Below, one piece after another: positions 45,310 through 58,610 of a DNA stretch of 64,000 bases. Origin of the DNA: the human T2T-CHM13v2.0 reference genome, Homo sapiens. The position numbers and the translations under genes are program-made. The stretch is from NCBI RefSeq assembly GCF_009914755.1, contig NC_060934.1; one strand, given 5' to 3'. Below the pieces are notes generated by a model. It had not been told where the DNA came from, searched no databases, and saw only the letters and a list, made by a program, of their open reading frames with translations. Each line of letters begins with the position of its first letter. Position 1 is the stretch's first letter.

Positions 45310-47602
45310 TGTATTAGTCTGTTCTCATGTTGCTAATAGAGACATACCTGAGACTGGGTAATTTATAAAGAAAAGAGGTTTAATGGACTCACCACTCCAC
45401 ATGATTGGGGAGGCCTCACAGTGATGGTGAAAGACGAAGGAAGAGCAAAGAGACATCTTACATGGTGTCAGGCAGAGAGAGCTTGTGTAGGGGAACTCCC
45501 TTTTATAAAACGATCAGATATCATGAGATTTATTCACTATCAAGAGAACAGCAGGGGGAAGACCCATCCCCATGATTCAACTGCCTCCCACTGGATCCCT
45601 TCCATAGCACGAGGGAATTATGGGAGCTACAATTCAAGATGAGGTTTGGGTGCAGACACAGACAGACCATATCATTCTGCCCATGGCCCCTCCCAAATTT
45701 CATGTCCTCACATTTCAAAATCCGTCATGCCTTTCCAACAGTCCCCCAAAGTCTTAACTCATTTCAGCATTAATTCAAAAGTCCACAGTCCAAAGTCTCA
45801 TCGGAGACAAGCTAAGTCCCTTCTGCCTATAAGCCAGTAAAATCAAAAGCAAGTTAATCACTTCATACATAGAATGGGGGTACAGGCATTGGGTAAATAC
45901 AGCCATTTCAAATGGGAGAAATTGGCCAAAATGAGGGGGCTAAAGACCCCATGCAAGTCTGAAATCCAGCAGGGCAGTCAAATCTTAAAGCTCCAAAATG
46001 TTCTCCTTCAACTTAATGTCTCTCATCCAGGTCACACTGATGCAAGAGGTGGGTTCCCATGATCTTAGGTCCCCTGTGGCTTTGTAGGGTACAGCCTCCC
46101 TCCTGGCTGCTCTCACAGGGTGGCATTGAGTGTCTGTGGCTGTTCCAGACACATGATGCAAGCTGTTGGTGGATCCACCATTCTGGGGTCTGGTGGATGG
46201 TGGCCCTCTTCTCACAGCTCCACTAGGCAGTGCCCAGTGGACTCTGTGTGGAGGCTTCAACCCCACATTTCCCTTCCATACTGCCCTAGCAGAGGATCTC
46301 CATGAGGGTCCTGCCCCTGCAGCAAATTTCTGCTTGGACATCCAAGCAATTTATATATCCTCTGAAATCTAGGCAGAGGTTCCTAAATCTCAATTTTTGA
46401 CTTCTGTGCACCCACAGGCTCAACACCACATGGAAACTGCCAAGGCTTGGGGCTTGCACCCTCTGAAGCCATGGCCTGAGCTGCACCTTGGCCCCTTTTT
46501 GCCATGGCTAGAGCGGGTGGGATGCAGGGAACCAAGCTCCTAGGCTTCACACAGAAGGGGGACCCTGGGCCTGGCCCATGAAACCATTTTTTCCTCCTAG
46601 GACTCTGGGCCTGTGAAGGGAGGGGCTTCCGTGAAAGTCTCTGACATGCTCTGGAGACATTTTCCCCATTGTCTTGCTGATTAACATTTGACTCCTCATT
46701 ACTTATGCAAATTTTTGCAGCCAGCTTAAATATCTCCTCAGAAAATTGGTTTTTCTTTTCTATTGCATTATCAGGCTACACATTTTTCAAACTTTTATGC
46801 TTTGTTTCCCTTTTAAAACTGAATGCTTTTAAAAGCGCCCAAGTCAACTCTTGAACTCTTTGCTGCTTAGAAATTTCTTCCACAAGATACCCTTAATAAT
46901 CTCCCTCAAGTTCAAAGTTCCAAAAATCTCTAGGGCAGGGTCAAAATGCTGCCAGTCTCTTTGCTAAAGCATACATAGCAGGAGTCACCTTTGCTCCAGT
47001 TCCCAACAAATTTTTTGTCTCCATCTGAGACCAACTCAGCCTGGATTTCATTGTCCATATCATTATTAGCGTTTTGGTCAAAGCCATTCAACAAGTCTCT
47101 AGGAATTTCCAAACTTTCCCACGTTTTCCTGTCTTCTTCTGAGCCTTCCAAACTGTTCCAACCTCTGCTTGTTATCCAGTTCCAAAGTTGCTTCCACATT
47201 TTTAGGTATCTTTACAGCAGCCCGCCACTCTACTCATACTAATTTAGTGTATTAATCTGTTTTCATGATGCTGATAAAAACATACTTGAGACTTGGTAAT
47301 TTATAAAGAAAAGGAGGTTTAATGGACTCATAGTTCCATGTAGCCAGGGAGGCGTTACAATCGTGGTGGAGGATGAAAGGCACGTCTTACATGGAGACAG
47401 GGCAGGGGCCTTGTGTAGGGGAACTCCCCTTTATAAAACCACCAGATCTTGTGAGCCTTATTCACTATCACAAGAACAGCATGGGAAAGACCCGCCCCCA
47501 TGATTCCATTACTTCCCACTGGTTCCCTCTCACAGTGTGTGGTAATTATGGAAATTATAATTTAAGATGAGATTTGGGTGGGGACACAGATAAACTATAT
47601 CA
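45310..47602 (-). mobile_element. Full-length THE1 (B/C-type) MaLR provirus: LTR 45310-45674, internal 45675-47247, LTR 47248-47602
   Basis: Two LTRs (tgtatta...tatca) around a ~1.57-kb internal region. Perfect 5-bp TSD gtgag at 45305-45309 and 47603-47607. Confidence 0.95.
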
Positions 47603-47607
47603 GTGAG

Positions 47608-49130
47608 GAAAGCATGTTGAAAGCTGAGAGAGGTCAAAAGCTAGGCTTCTTGTACCAAACTGTTAGACAACTTGTGAATACAGAGGAAAACTTCTTGCAG
47701 GAAATTAAAAGTACTACTCCAGTGAACACAAGAATAATAAGAAAGTAAAATGGCCTTATTGCTGATGTGCAGAAAGTCTGGGTATTCTGGATAGGAGACC
47801 AAATCACCCACAATATTCTCTCAAACCAAAGCCAAATTCAGAGCAAGGCCCCAACTCACTTCAATTCTATGAAGGCTGTGAGAGGATGAGGAAGCCACAG
47901 AAGAAAAATGCGAATTGAGTAGAGGTGGGTCCATGAGGTTTAAGGAGAAAAGCCATCTCCATTGCATAAAAGTACAGGGTGAAACAGCAAGTGCTGATGT
48001 AAAAGCTGCAGCAAGTTATCCAGAAGATCTAGCTAAGATAACTGACAAAGGTGGCTACATGAAACAATAGATTTTCAATGTAGATGAAACAGCCTTCTAT
48101 TGGAAGAAGATGTTATCTAGGACTTTCACAGCCAGAGAGAAGAAATCAATGCCTGACTTCAGAGCTTCAAAGAACAAGCTGACTCTCTTGTTAGTGGCTA
48201 ATGCTGCTGGTGACTTTAACTTGAAGCCAATGATAATTTATCATTCTGAAAATTATAGGGCCCTTTAAAATTATGCTGAATTGACTTTTTTTGTTCTCTA
48301 GAAATGGAACAAAGCCTGGATGATGAGACATCTGTTTGCTGAATATTTTAAGCCCACTGTTGAGACATACTGCTCCAAAAAAAAATTTTTTTTAAGCTAT
48401 TACTGCTCATTGACAATGCACCTGGTCACCAAAGAATTCTGATGGAGATGTACAAGATTAATGTTGTTTCCATTATAGCTAACACAATATCTATTCTGCA
48501 ACCCATAGATCAAGGAGTAATTTTAATTTTCATGTCATATTATTTAAGAAATATGTTTTATAAGTTTATAGCTGCCATAGATAATGATTCCTCTGGTGAA
48601 TATGGACAATGTAAATTGAAAACCTTCTGGAAAGGATTCACCATTCTAGATGGCATTAAGAACATTCATGATTCTTGGGAGGAGATCAAAATACAACACT
48701 ATAACAGGAATTAGGAAAAAGTTGATTCCAACCTTTTTGGATAACTTTGAGGGGTTCAATACTTCATTGGAGGAAGTAACCATAGATGTGGTAGAAATAG
48801 TGAAAGAAATAGAATCAGAAGTGAAACCTGATGTGACTGAATTGCTACAACCTCATGTTCAAATGAAAAGATGAGGAGGTGGCAGTTCTTATGGATAAGC
48901 AAAGAAAGTAGATTTTCAGGACAGAATCTACTGCTGGTGAAGGTGCTATGAACATTGTTGAAATGACAACAAAGGATTTAGAATATTACATAAACTTAGT
49001 AGATAAAGCAGTGGCATGGCTTGAGAGGATTGATTTCAATTTTGAAATAAGTCCTACTGTTGTTAAAATGCTACTAAATAGCATTGCATACTACAGAGAA
49101 ATCTTTGGGAAAGGAAGAGTCTATCAATGA
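47608..49130 (+). pseudogene. Decayed Tigger1 transposase coding region
   Basis: Fragmentary ORFs 48442-48714, 48650-48874 and 48948-49130; several stops and frameshifts. Confidence 0.85.
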
Positions 49131-49351
49131 AGTATGTTTCATTGTTGCCTTGTTTAAGAAATTGCCACAGCTAACATAACCAGCAACTATCACCCTGACT
49201 AGTCAATAGCCATCAATATTGAGACAAGATTCTCCACCAGCAAAAAAAAATTGAAGACTCATTGAAGGCTCAGAGGGCTGCTAACATTTTTTTAGCAATA
49301 AAGTTTTTTAAAATTAAGGTATGTATATTTTATAGTATAAACATAACTTTT

Positions 49352-52300
49352 TGAGATTGTAATCAATTTTTAAATTTTTGTGAGTGCATGGTGCATATAT
49401 ATGTGCATATATGTATATATCACATTGTGCTGGTGAATACTAGACTTTATTCATTATTTCCAATTATTTTTTGTGCCCATTAACCATCTCCACTTCCCCC
49501 AACCACCCCCCCACTATGCTTCTCAGCCTCTGATAACCATCCTTTCACTCTCTATCTCCATGAGTTCAGTTGTTTTTGTTTTTAGCTCCCACGAATAAAT
49601 GAAAGCATGCAAAGTTTGTCTTTCTGTGTCTGGCTTATTTCACTTAACATCATGACCTCCAGTTTCATCCTGATTATTGCAGATGACACGATCTCATTCT
49701 TTTTTTTGATGTAAAGTACCCCATTGTGTACATATACCACATTTTCTTTATGCATTTATCTGTTGATGGACACTTAGGTTACTTCCAAGTCTTGAGTATT
49801 GTGAGTAATGATGCAATAAACATGGGACTGCAGATATCTCTTCAATATACTAATATACATTATTTTGGGTATACACATAAGAGTGAAATTGCTGGATATT
49901 ATGGCAGCTATATTTTCGACTTTTTTGAGAAACCTCCAAACTTTTCTCCGTAATGGTACTAATTTACATTGCCAACAGCATACAAGGGTTCCTTTTTCTC
50001 CACATCCTTGCCAGCATTTGTTATTGCCTGTCTTTTGGATAAAAGCCAATTTAACTGGGGTGAGATGATATCTCATTATAGTTTTGATTTGCATTTCTCT
50101 GATGATCAATGATGTTGAGCACCTTTTCATATACATGTGTGCTATTTGTATGTCTTCTTTTGAGAAATGTCTATTTATATCTTTTGCCCATTTTAAAATT
50201 TCATTATTAGATTATTTTCTACAGAGTTGTTTGAGCTCCTTATGTATTATTGTTATTAATCCCTTGTCAGATGGATAGTCTGCAAATATTTTCTCCCATT
50301 CTGTGGGTTGGCTTTTCACTTACTTGTTTCTTTACTTTGCTGTGCAGAAGCTTTTTAACTTGATGTTATGCCATTTGTTCATTTTTGCTTTGGTTTCCTG
50401 TGCTTGTTGGGTATTACTCAAGAAATCTTTGCCCAGTCCAATGTCTTGGAGAGTTTCCCCAATGTTTCCTTTCAGTAATTTCAGAGTTTAGGCTTAGATT
50501 TAAGTCATTAATCCATTTTGACTTGATTTTTGTATATGGCAAGAGATAGGGATCTAGTTTCATTCTTCTGCATATGGATATCCAGTTTGGCCAGCATCAT
50601 TTATTAAAGAGATTATCCTTTCTCAAATGTATGATCTTGGCATCTTTGTCACAACTGAATTTACTGCAGATGTATGGATTTGTTTCTGGGTTCTGTATTC
50701 TGTTTCACTGTTCTATGTATCTGTTTTTATACCAGCACCATGCTGTTTTGGTTACTATAACTCTGTAGTATAATTTGAAGTCAGGTAATGTGATTCCTCT
50801 AGTTTTGTTCTACATAGCTTTGGCTATTCTGGGTCTTTTGTGCTTTCATGGAAATTTTAGGTTTTTTAAAAACAATTCTGTGAATAACATCATGGTATTT
50901 TGATAGGGATTGCATTGAATCCATATATTGCTTTGGGTAGTACAGACATTTAAACAATATTGATTCTTCTAATCCGTGATTATGGAGTATCTCTCCATTT
51001 TGTGTGTGTGTGTGTCCTCTTTAATTTCTTGCATCAATGTTTTATAATTTTTATTGGAGAGATCTTTCACTTTTTTGGTTAATTTCTAGGTATTTTATTT
51101 AATTTTTAGCTATTATAAATGGGATTACATTCTTAATTCATTTTTCAGGTTGCTTGTTTGGCATGTAAAAATGCTACTGATTTTTGTATGTTGACTTTGT
51201 ATCCTGCAACTTTACAGAATTTGTTAACCAGTTATACTGTCTTTATTTGTGTGGAGTCTTCAGGTTTTTCCAAATATAAGATAACATAATCTATAAACAA
51301 GGATAATTTGTCTTCTTCTGTTCTAATTTGCATGTCCTTTATTTCTTGTCTGATTGCTCAAGCTAGGACTTCCAGTGCTATATTGAATAACAGTGGTAGA
51401 AGTAACCATCCTTGTTGTGTTACAGATCTTAGAGACAAAACTTTCAGCTTTTCCCCATTCAGTATGATATTAGCTATGGGTCTGTCACATATGGCTTTTA
51501 TTATGTTGAAGTATGTTCCTTCTGTACCAGTTTTTTAAGGGTTTTTATCATGAAGAGATGTTGAATCTTACCAAATGCTTTGCAGCATCAGTTGAGATTA
51601 ACATATGGTTTTCATCCTTCATTATGTTGATAGGATGTATCACATTGATTGATTTGTGTATGTCAAACCATCCTTGCATTCCTGGAATAAATCCCACTTG
51701 GTCATGATGAATGATCTTTTAAATGTAGTATTGAATTCAGTTTGCTAGTATTTTGGTGAAGATTTTTGCATAATTATTAATTGGTGGTATTAGCTTGTAG
51801 TTTTCTTTTTGTATGTGTCTTTGTCTGGTTTTAGTATCAGGGTTATACTGACCGCATAGAATTTGGAAGTATTCCCTCCTCTTTGTTTTTGAATAGTTTG
51901 AACAGAATTAGTATTGATTCTTCTTTAAACATTTGGCTTCAGCAGTGGAGGCATCTGTCCTGGGTTTTTCTTTGCTGAGAGACTTTTTACTATGGCTTCA
52001 ATCTCATTACTTGCTATTGGTCTAGTCAGGTCTTGGGTTTCTTTATGGTTCAATGTTGAGAGGTTGTGTGCATCTAGGAATTTATTCATTTCTTCTAGGT
52101 TTTCCATTTTATTGGCATATTGTTCCTCATACTAGCCACTAATATTGCTTTACATTTCTGCAGTATCAGTTGTAATATCTCCTTTTCACCTTTAATTTTA
52201 TTTACTTAGGTATTTTCTCTTTTTTTCTTAGTCTGGCTAAAAATTTGTCAGTTTTGTTTATCTTTTCCAAAAAACCAACTTTTCATGTTGTTGATCTTTT

Positions 52301-55300
52301 GTATTTTCTTCTGTTTCAATTCCATTAATTTCTTCTCTAATCTTTATTATTTCTTTTTTTCCTACTAATTTCGGGTTTAGTTTGTTCTTGCATTTCTAGT
52401 TCTTTAAGATGCATTGTTAGGTTATTTATTTTCTTCTTTTTTGATGTCATTATAAACTTATAGCTATAAACTTCCCTCTTAGTACTGCTTTTTCTGTATA
52501 CCATAGGTTTTGGTATGTTTTGTTTCCATTATTATTGGTTTCAAGAAGTGTTTCAATTTTCTCCTTAATTTTTTCATTGGCCTACTGGTCATTCAGGAGC
52601 ATATTGTTTAATTTTCATGTGTTTGTATAGTTTCCAAAATTCCTCTTGTTATTGCTTTCTAGTTTTATTTCATTGTGGTCAGAGAAGATGTTTGATATTA
52701 TTTCAGTATTTTTGAATATTTTAAGATTTGTTTTGTGACCCAACATGTGGTCTATCCTTAAGAATGATGCATGTGCTGAGGAAAAGAATGTGTATTCTAC
52801 AGCTGTTGAATGAAATGTTCTGTAAATATCTATTAGGTACATTTCGTCTATACTGCAGTTTAAGTCTGATGTTTCTTTTTTGATTTTCTGTCTGGAACAT
52901 CTGTCCAATGCCAAAAGTGGAGTGTTAAATTCTCCAGCTATGATTGTATTCAGGACTATCTTTCTCTTTAGCTCTAGTAATATTTGTTTTATATATCTGG
53001 GTGCTCCAGTATTAGGTGCATATGTATTTACAATTATATCGTCTTGCTGAATTGAGTTCTTTATCATTACATAATGACCTTCCTTGTCTCTTCTTTCAGG
53101 TTTGTATTTAAATCTATTTTGTCTGATATAAGTATAACTATCCTTGCTCTTTTTTTGGTTTTCATTGGCATAGCATATCTTTTTCCATCCCTTTATTTTC
53201 AGTCTATCCACGGATCTTTATAGGTGAAGTGTGTTTCTTATAGACAACAGATCATTGGGTCTTGTTTCCTATCCATTCTGCCACTCTATGTCTTTTGATT
53301 GGAGAGTTTTGTTCATTTACATTCAATATTATTATTGATAAGTAAGGACTTATTCCTGCTATTTTGTTATTTGCTTTCTGGTTGTTTTGTGTTCTTCTCT
53401 TTCTATTTTCTTTTCTTCCTGCCTTAGTTTTAGTGAAGGTGATTTTCTCTGGTGGTATGATTTAATTTCTTGCTTTTTACTTTTTGTGTATCTATTGTAT
53501 GTTTTATGATTTCAGGTTACCATGAGGCTTACAAATACTATCTCATAACCCATGATTTTTAAGCTGATACAACTTAATGCTGCTTATATAAGCAAACAAG
53601 GAAAAAGAAAATTAATTTAAAAAATCTACACTCTAACTTTGTTTCCCCACTTTTTAACTTTTTATTGTTTCTATTTTATCTTATTGTACTGTCCATGTCT
53701 TGAAAAGTTGTTGTAGCTATTATTTTTGTTTGGTTCATCTTTGAGTCTTTCTACTTAAGATAACAGTAGTTTGCACACTACAGTTACAGTGTTATAATAT
53801 TCTGTGTTTTTCTGTGTACTTACTATTGACAGTGAGTTTTGTACCTTCAGATGATGTCTTGTTTTTCCTTAGTGTCTTTTTATTTCTGATTGAAGTACTC
53901 CCTTTAGCATTTCTTGTAGGACAGGTCTGGTGTTGATGAAATCCCTCAGCTTTTTTGTGTCTGGGAAAGTCTCTATTTCTCCTTCATGTTTGAAGGATAT
54001 TTTCACTGGATATACTATGCTAGGGTAAAAATGTTTTTCTTTCAGCACTTTATGGCATTCTACTCTCTCATGGCCTGTGAAGTTTCCCCTGAAAAGTCTG
54101 CTGCCAGACTTATTAGAGCTCCAGTATATGTTATTTGTTTGTTTTCTCTTGTTGTTTTTAGGATCCTTTCTTTATCCTCAACCTTTGGGAGTTTATTAAG
54201 TGCCTTGAGACATGTTTCTTTGGGTTAAATCTGCGTTGTGTTCTATAATCTTCTTGTACTTGGCTATTGATATCTTTCTTTAGATTTGGGAAATTCTCTT
54301 TTATTATCCCATTGGGTATGCTTCCTACTCTATCTCTTTCTCTACTTCTGATTTAAGGCCAACAACCCTTAGATTTGCCCTTTTGAAGTGATTTTCTAGA
54401 TCCTGTAGGTGTATTACATTGATTTCAATTCTTTTTGTTTTGTCTCCTCTGTGTATTTTTAAATAGCCTGTCTTCAAGCTCACAAATTCTTTCTTCTGCT
54501 TGATCATTCTGCCACATTTTCTGTATGTAAATTGCATTTTTCAACACCAGAATTTCTACTGGATTGTTTTTAATTATTTTATTATCATTGTTAAATTTAT
54601 CTGATAGGATTCTGAATTTCTTATCTATGTTACCTTGAACGTCTTTGAGTTTCCTCAAAACACCTATTTTGAATTCTCTGTCTGAAAGGTCATATATCTC
54701 TGTGTCTCCGGGATTGGTCCCTGGTGCCTTATTTAGTTTGTTTGGTGAGGTCATGTTTTCCCAAATGGTCTTGATGCTTGTTGATGTTTGTCAGTGTCTG
54801 GGGATTGAAGAGTTAGGTATTTATTGTAGACTTTATAGTCTGGGCTTGTTTGTACCTGCCCTTCTTAGGAAGGCTTCCCAAATATTCAAAAGGACTTGAG
54901 TGTTGTGATCTAAGCCATATCTGCATTAGGGGACACCCCAAGTCCAGTAATGTTGTGGTTCTTACAGACTCATAGAGGTACTGCCTTGGTAGTCTTGGAT
55001 AAGATCTGGAAGAATTCTCTGGATTAACAAGTAGAGACTCTGATTCTCTTGCCTTACTTTCTTCCAATCAAAGGGAGCCTCTGGGGCTGGGGGTGGGGTG
55101 GCACAGGCACTTCTGTGGCCACCACCGCTGGAAATGCTTTGGGTTAGACCTAAAGCCAGCACAACACTGGGCCTTACCCAAGTCCCAGTGTAATTACTGC
55201 CTGGCTACCACTTCTGTTCGCTCAAAACCCTAGAGCTCTATAATCAGCAGATGGCCAAGTCAGTCAGTCTTCTGTTCATCCCTTCAGGGCAGCAAGATTT

Positions 55301-57420
55301 CCCCAGGTCCCAAGTAGGTCCAGAGATGCTGTCTGCGATCTAACTGGAGTCAAAAACCTTAGAAGTCTACTTGGTGTTCTATTCTGCTTTGGCAGAGTTG
55401 GCCCTCAAACCAAAAAACACAGTCCTTCTCACTCTTCCCTTCCCTTTCTTCAAGCAGAAGAGCCTCACCCCTTGGCCACCACCACCACAGGCCCATAGCA
55501 AGTACTGCCAGGCTACCACTGATAGTCACTTAAGGCCCAGGGGCTCTTCAATCAGCTTGTGGTGAATGCTGCCAGGCCTGGGACTCACCCTTCAGGGCAG
55601 TGGGCTCCCCTCTGGCTCAGGGCAGGTCTAGAAATAATGTCCAAGAGCCAAGGCCTGGAATCAGAGACTCCAAGATTGTGCTTGGCACTCTACCCAACTG
55701 TGGTCAAGCTGATTCCTAAGGTGCAAGGCAAAGTCCCCTTTAGTTTTCCCTCTGCTTTTCTCAAGCAGGAGTCTTACTGATATAGGAGTTAAGAGGAAAC
55801 TACTTAGGCAGATAGTGAAGGTATGGGAGTCCTCAGTAAGGTTATCCTTTTTAATGAAGAGCAGCCCCCAAATCATTTTCTAATAAAGAGTAGCCTGTAA
55901 AACCAAGCTGCAGACATAGACAAGCAAGCTGGAAGCTTGCACGGGCGAATGCCAGCAGGAAAAAGCTACCTAGGACTTGACATGTTCAAAATGGTGACTC
56001 CATCTTCCCTTCCCTTTGCCAGTCACTTGTAGGAACAGACCAGATGGTGCCAGCCAAATAGTCCATTTGCATAATAAGATTAGGATGGGACGACTAGCCT
56101 TTCCCTTGTGCTATGTAAACATCACACCTGGTTGAACCAATCTGTGAGCCCTACATAAATCAGACGCCACCTCCCCAAGCCTGCCTATAAAATCTGCTGC
56201 AGTCACAGCTCTTCTCTTTTCAGATGCCTCTCTCCCAAAAGAGAGAGACCTGCTCTCCTCTCTCCTTTCTTCTCCCTATTAAGCTTTCTGCTCCCTAACA
56301 CACTGTGTGTGTGTGTCCGTGTCGTTAATCTTCTCAGCACAAGATGACAAACCCTAGGTACTTACTCCAGACAATGATGCCACTTCATTACCATAGCCAC
56401 CATAGTTGTGAATGTGCTGGGTCTCACCTGATGCCCAAATGTCTCGGAATCTCACCAAGACCCATGGCGTGCTACCTGTGTATCACTGCTGGTTATTCAG
56501 GGCCAAATGGCTCTTTAGTCAGCAGGTGATGGATACTGCCAAGACTGGGTCCTTTCCTTCAAGGAGGTGGTTTCCCTTCTGGCTCAGGGTGTATCTAGGA
56601 ATGTTGTTCAGGAGCTAGGGCCTGGAATGGGGGCCTCACAACTCTGACCGGTGCCCTATCCTACTGTGACTGAGCTACTATACAAGATGAAAGACAAAAG
56701 TCCTCTGTACTCTTCCCTCTCCTCTCCTCAAGCAGAATGAAGGGGTTTCTTTTGGAGACTCATGCTGTGTTTCCTGGGGTTGGGGGAGGGGAGGTGCAAG
56801 CACTGCCTTAGCTGGCCTGGCCAGTGCCTTAGTAAGTCGAGTGCCCCCAAATTCCACTGGTTCAGAGCCCAGCTCAGAACTAGGGCTTGTAGTCTTTGTG
56901 GCCTAGATTGCCTTTCAATCTGGGGCCTGAGAACACTTCAGCCCATGGTGGTGAGGCTTGTGAGAAGCCGGAACTCAAGTTTCAACTTCTGGGTTGGGCA
57001 ATTCCACTATGGCTCAGGCTGGTCTGAATGCTCCCTTGGTGGGCGGGCATCAGCGAAGTTCAGCCCGGTTTTGCTTTCTGCTCTGACAGGGCAGCACGAA
57101 GTTCAATGCAAAGTCTCACAATCGCTGAGCTAACCCTCTGCCAAAGGGCACAGATTTCTCTGCACCATGGGGCCACTGTGGAAAAGAGTGTGTGAGGAAA
57201 GAGGCGGGACAGGTGGCTTCAGCATTTCAAGATGGCCTCCTACTCTATTCATTGCCTCTTTCAGCAATATGAAATTAAAGCCAGGTACTGTGAGTACTCA
57301 CCTGATTTGTAATTCTTATGAAGGTGTTTTTGATGTAGATAGTTGTCAAATTTAGTGTTCCTGTAGGGGCGACTATTAGCGATGACTTCTATTCCACCAT
57401 TTTACTCTGCCCCTTTCCAC
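49352..57420 (-). mobile_element. Near full-length L1MA (L1MA2/3-like), about 7.5 kb excluding the LTR insertion
   Basis: 3'UTR, decayed ORF2 (endonuclease ORF 52615-53211: NTYAPNTGAP, RIDHMLGHK, FSDHNEIKLE), ORF1 remnants at about 53950-54760, and a long 5'UTR. Imperfect TSD cataactttt (49342) / catgacttct (57421). Confidence 0.93.
55778..56387 (+). mobile_element. Solo ERV1 LTR, 610 bp (LTR9-like)
   Basis: TG...CA termini; 4-bp TSD ttac at 55774-55777 and 56388-56391; CCAAT at 56137 and TATAAAA at 56186. Subfamily assigned from memory. Confidence 0.85.
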
Positions 57421-57869
57421 CATGACTTCTATATGCATTAGTAAACTAAGAATTTTGTGTGACTCACTTTATTGAGATATTTTTATTATAGGGGTGGTCT
57501 GGAACCAAACCCACAATATCTCCAAGATATGCCTGTATATCCAGTGTAGTCAAGCTTACTATCATTATACTGCCCTGATTCTTTTTCTCATGTATTTTTC
57601 CCTCTTAGAGTCTTTTGCTGATTACTTTTGCCACCCCTGTGCTGGGTCCAGTACTTAAACGTGGACCAGGTACTGTGTAGCATTGCTGTGATAAGGTTCG
57701 GGTATGCAAAAAGATTTCTAAAGTTTAGGTCATAAATAGGAATAATCTTTTAAAAAAAGTCAGCAACATAATTTTTTGTTTTATATGAAATATAAAATCT
57801 TGCCCTTTGAGCCCTTTGGCTAGAGTCTTAGAAATAAGAAGTCACACCTGATACGGTGGAGACCTCATT

Positions 57870-58100
57870 TTCTGGCCCCCCATAATCCATTCACTTTTCT
57901 TTTGGTGATCACGTATCCCAATCTCTTTGATGAACCACCCTTCTTCTCTGAGGACAGGTGGTTTGAGTGAGACTGACACCAGTCAAGAATTTGGAGGTGG
58001 AGCACATGATCCTGGCCTATATCAATCAGTTTGTATTTTATTTGTATTTTTCCAGTGATTGGCATTTTGCCTGGTATGTACAAGGAATTCAACATAGATG
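57870..58100 (+). mobile_element. Ancient ERVL-class LTR fragment
   Basis: ttttggtgatcac, gactgacacc and ggagcacatgatcctggcc...atcag motifs. Confidence 0.45.
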
Positions 58101-58529
58101 TGTTGATTTTAGGTAGAGAGGAAGATGCATGTTCTGTACTAATAATATTCTGGTTAAAAAAGGAAAAAAATACATAAAGGAAAATAAATCAGCAAGATTA
58201 GCTTATTAAGAATGGATATAGGAAGTGTAATCACAAGACACTTTTACTTGTGCAATCATGAGTCCTGTTTATCTTACACTTGTTGACTTGGAGGCAAGTC
58301 TTTTTTAGTAAGCAACTCTTTCTTTCTCTTTTCATATCAGTGAGTCTAACCTTTTTTCTGCCTATTTTTCTACCAGTATGCCATTTCCTAACACTGAAAC
58401 ATCTCTCACTTTTCCTATGCTAAGCAGCATCTGTTCCTACCTTCTATGAGCCTCTGGCACACACTTCGTTGTGCCTTCTCAAAGGTCGGCTGTGGGGCAT
58501 ACACTAGGAAAACGCTGCTCCATTTAACT

Positions 58530-58610
58530 GGACCCTTATAAGGAGTAAACTCAAGTATTTGTGTGGTTATGGCAGTCACAATTAGCAGATAAGTAAGTCA
58601 TCAGTTGGCT
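58530..58610. promoter_or_regulatory. Candidate enhancer motif cluster (CArG, RUNX, GATA, E-box)
   Basis: CCTTATAAGG 58534-58543, TGTGGTT 58562-58568, AGATAA 58587-58592, CAGTTG 58602-58607. Confidence 0.3.

Noticed and set aside
45421-47570. Dense overlapping ORFs
   Set aside because: Decayed THE1 LTR and internal sequence; no intact ORF.
47608-49130. Possible domesticated TIGD-like transposase gene
   Set aside because: Many stops and frameshifts, and the 5' end is disrupted by the THE1 insertion.
52615-53211. 198-aa ORF, the longest in the window
   Set aside because: It is an L1 ORF2 endonuclease remnant with altered conserved motifs (GEFN for GDFN) inside a stop-riddled L1MA. Nothing suggests domestication.
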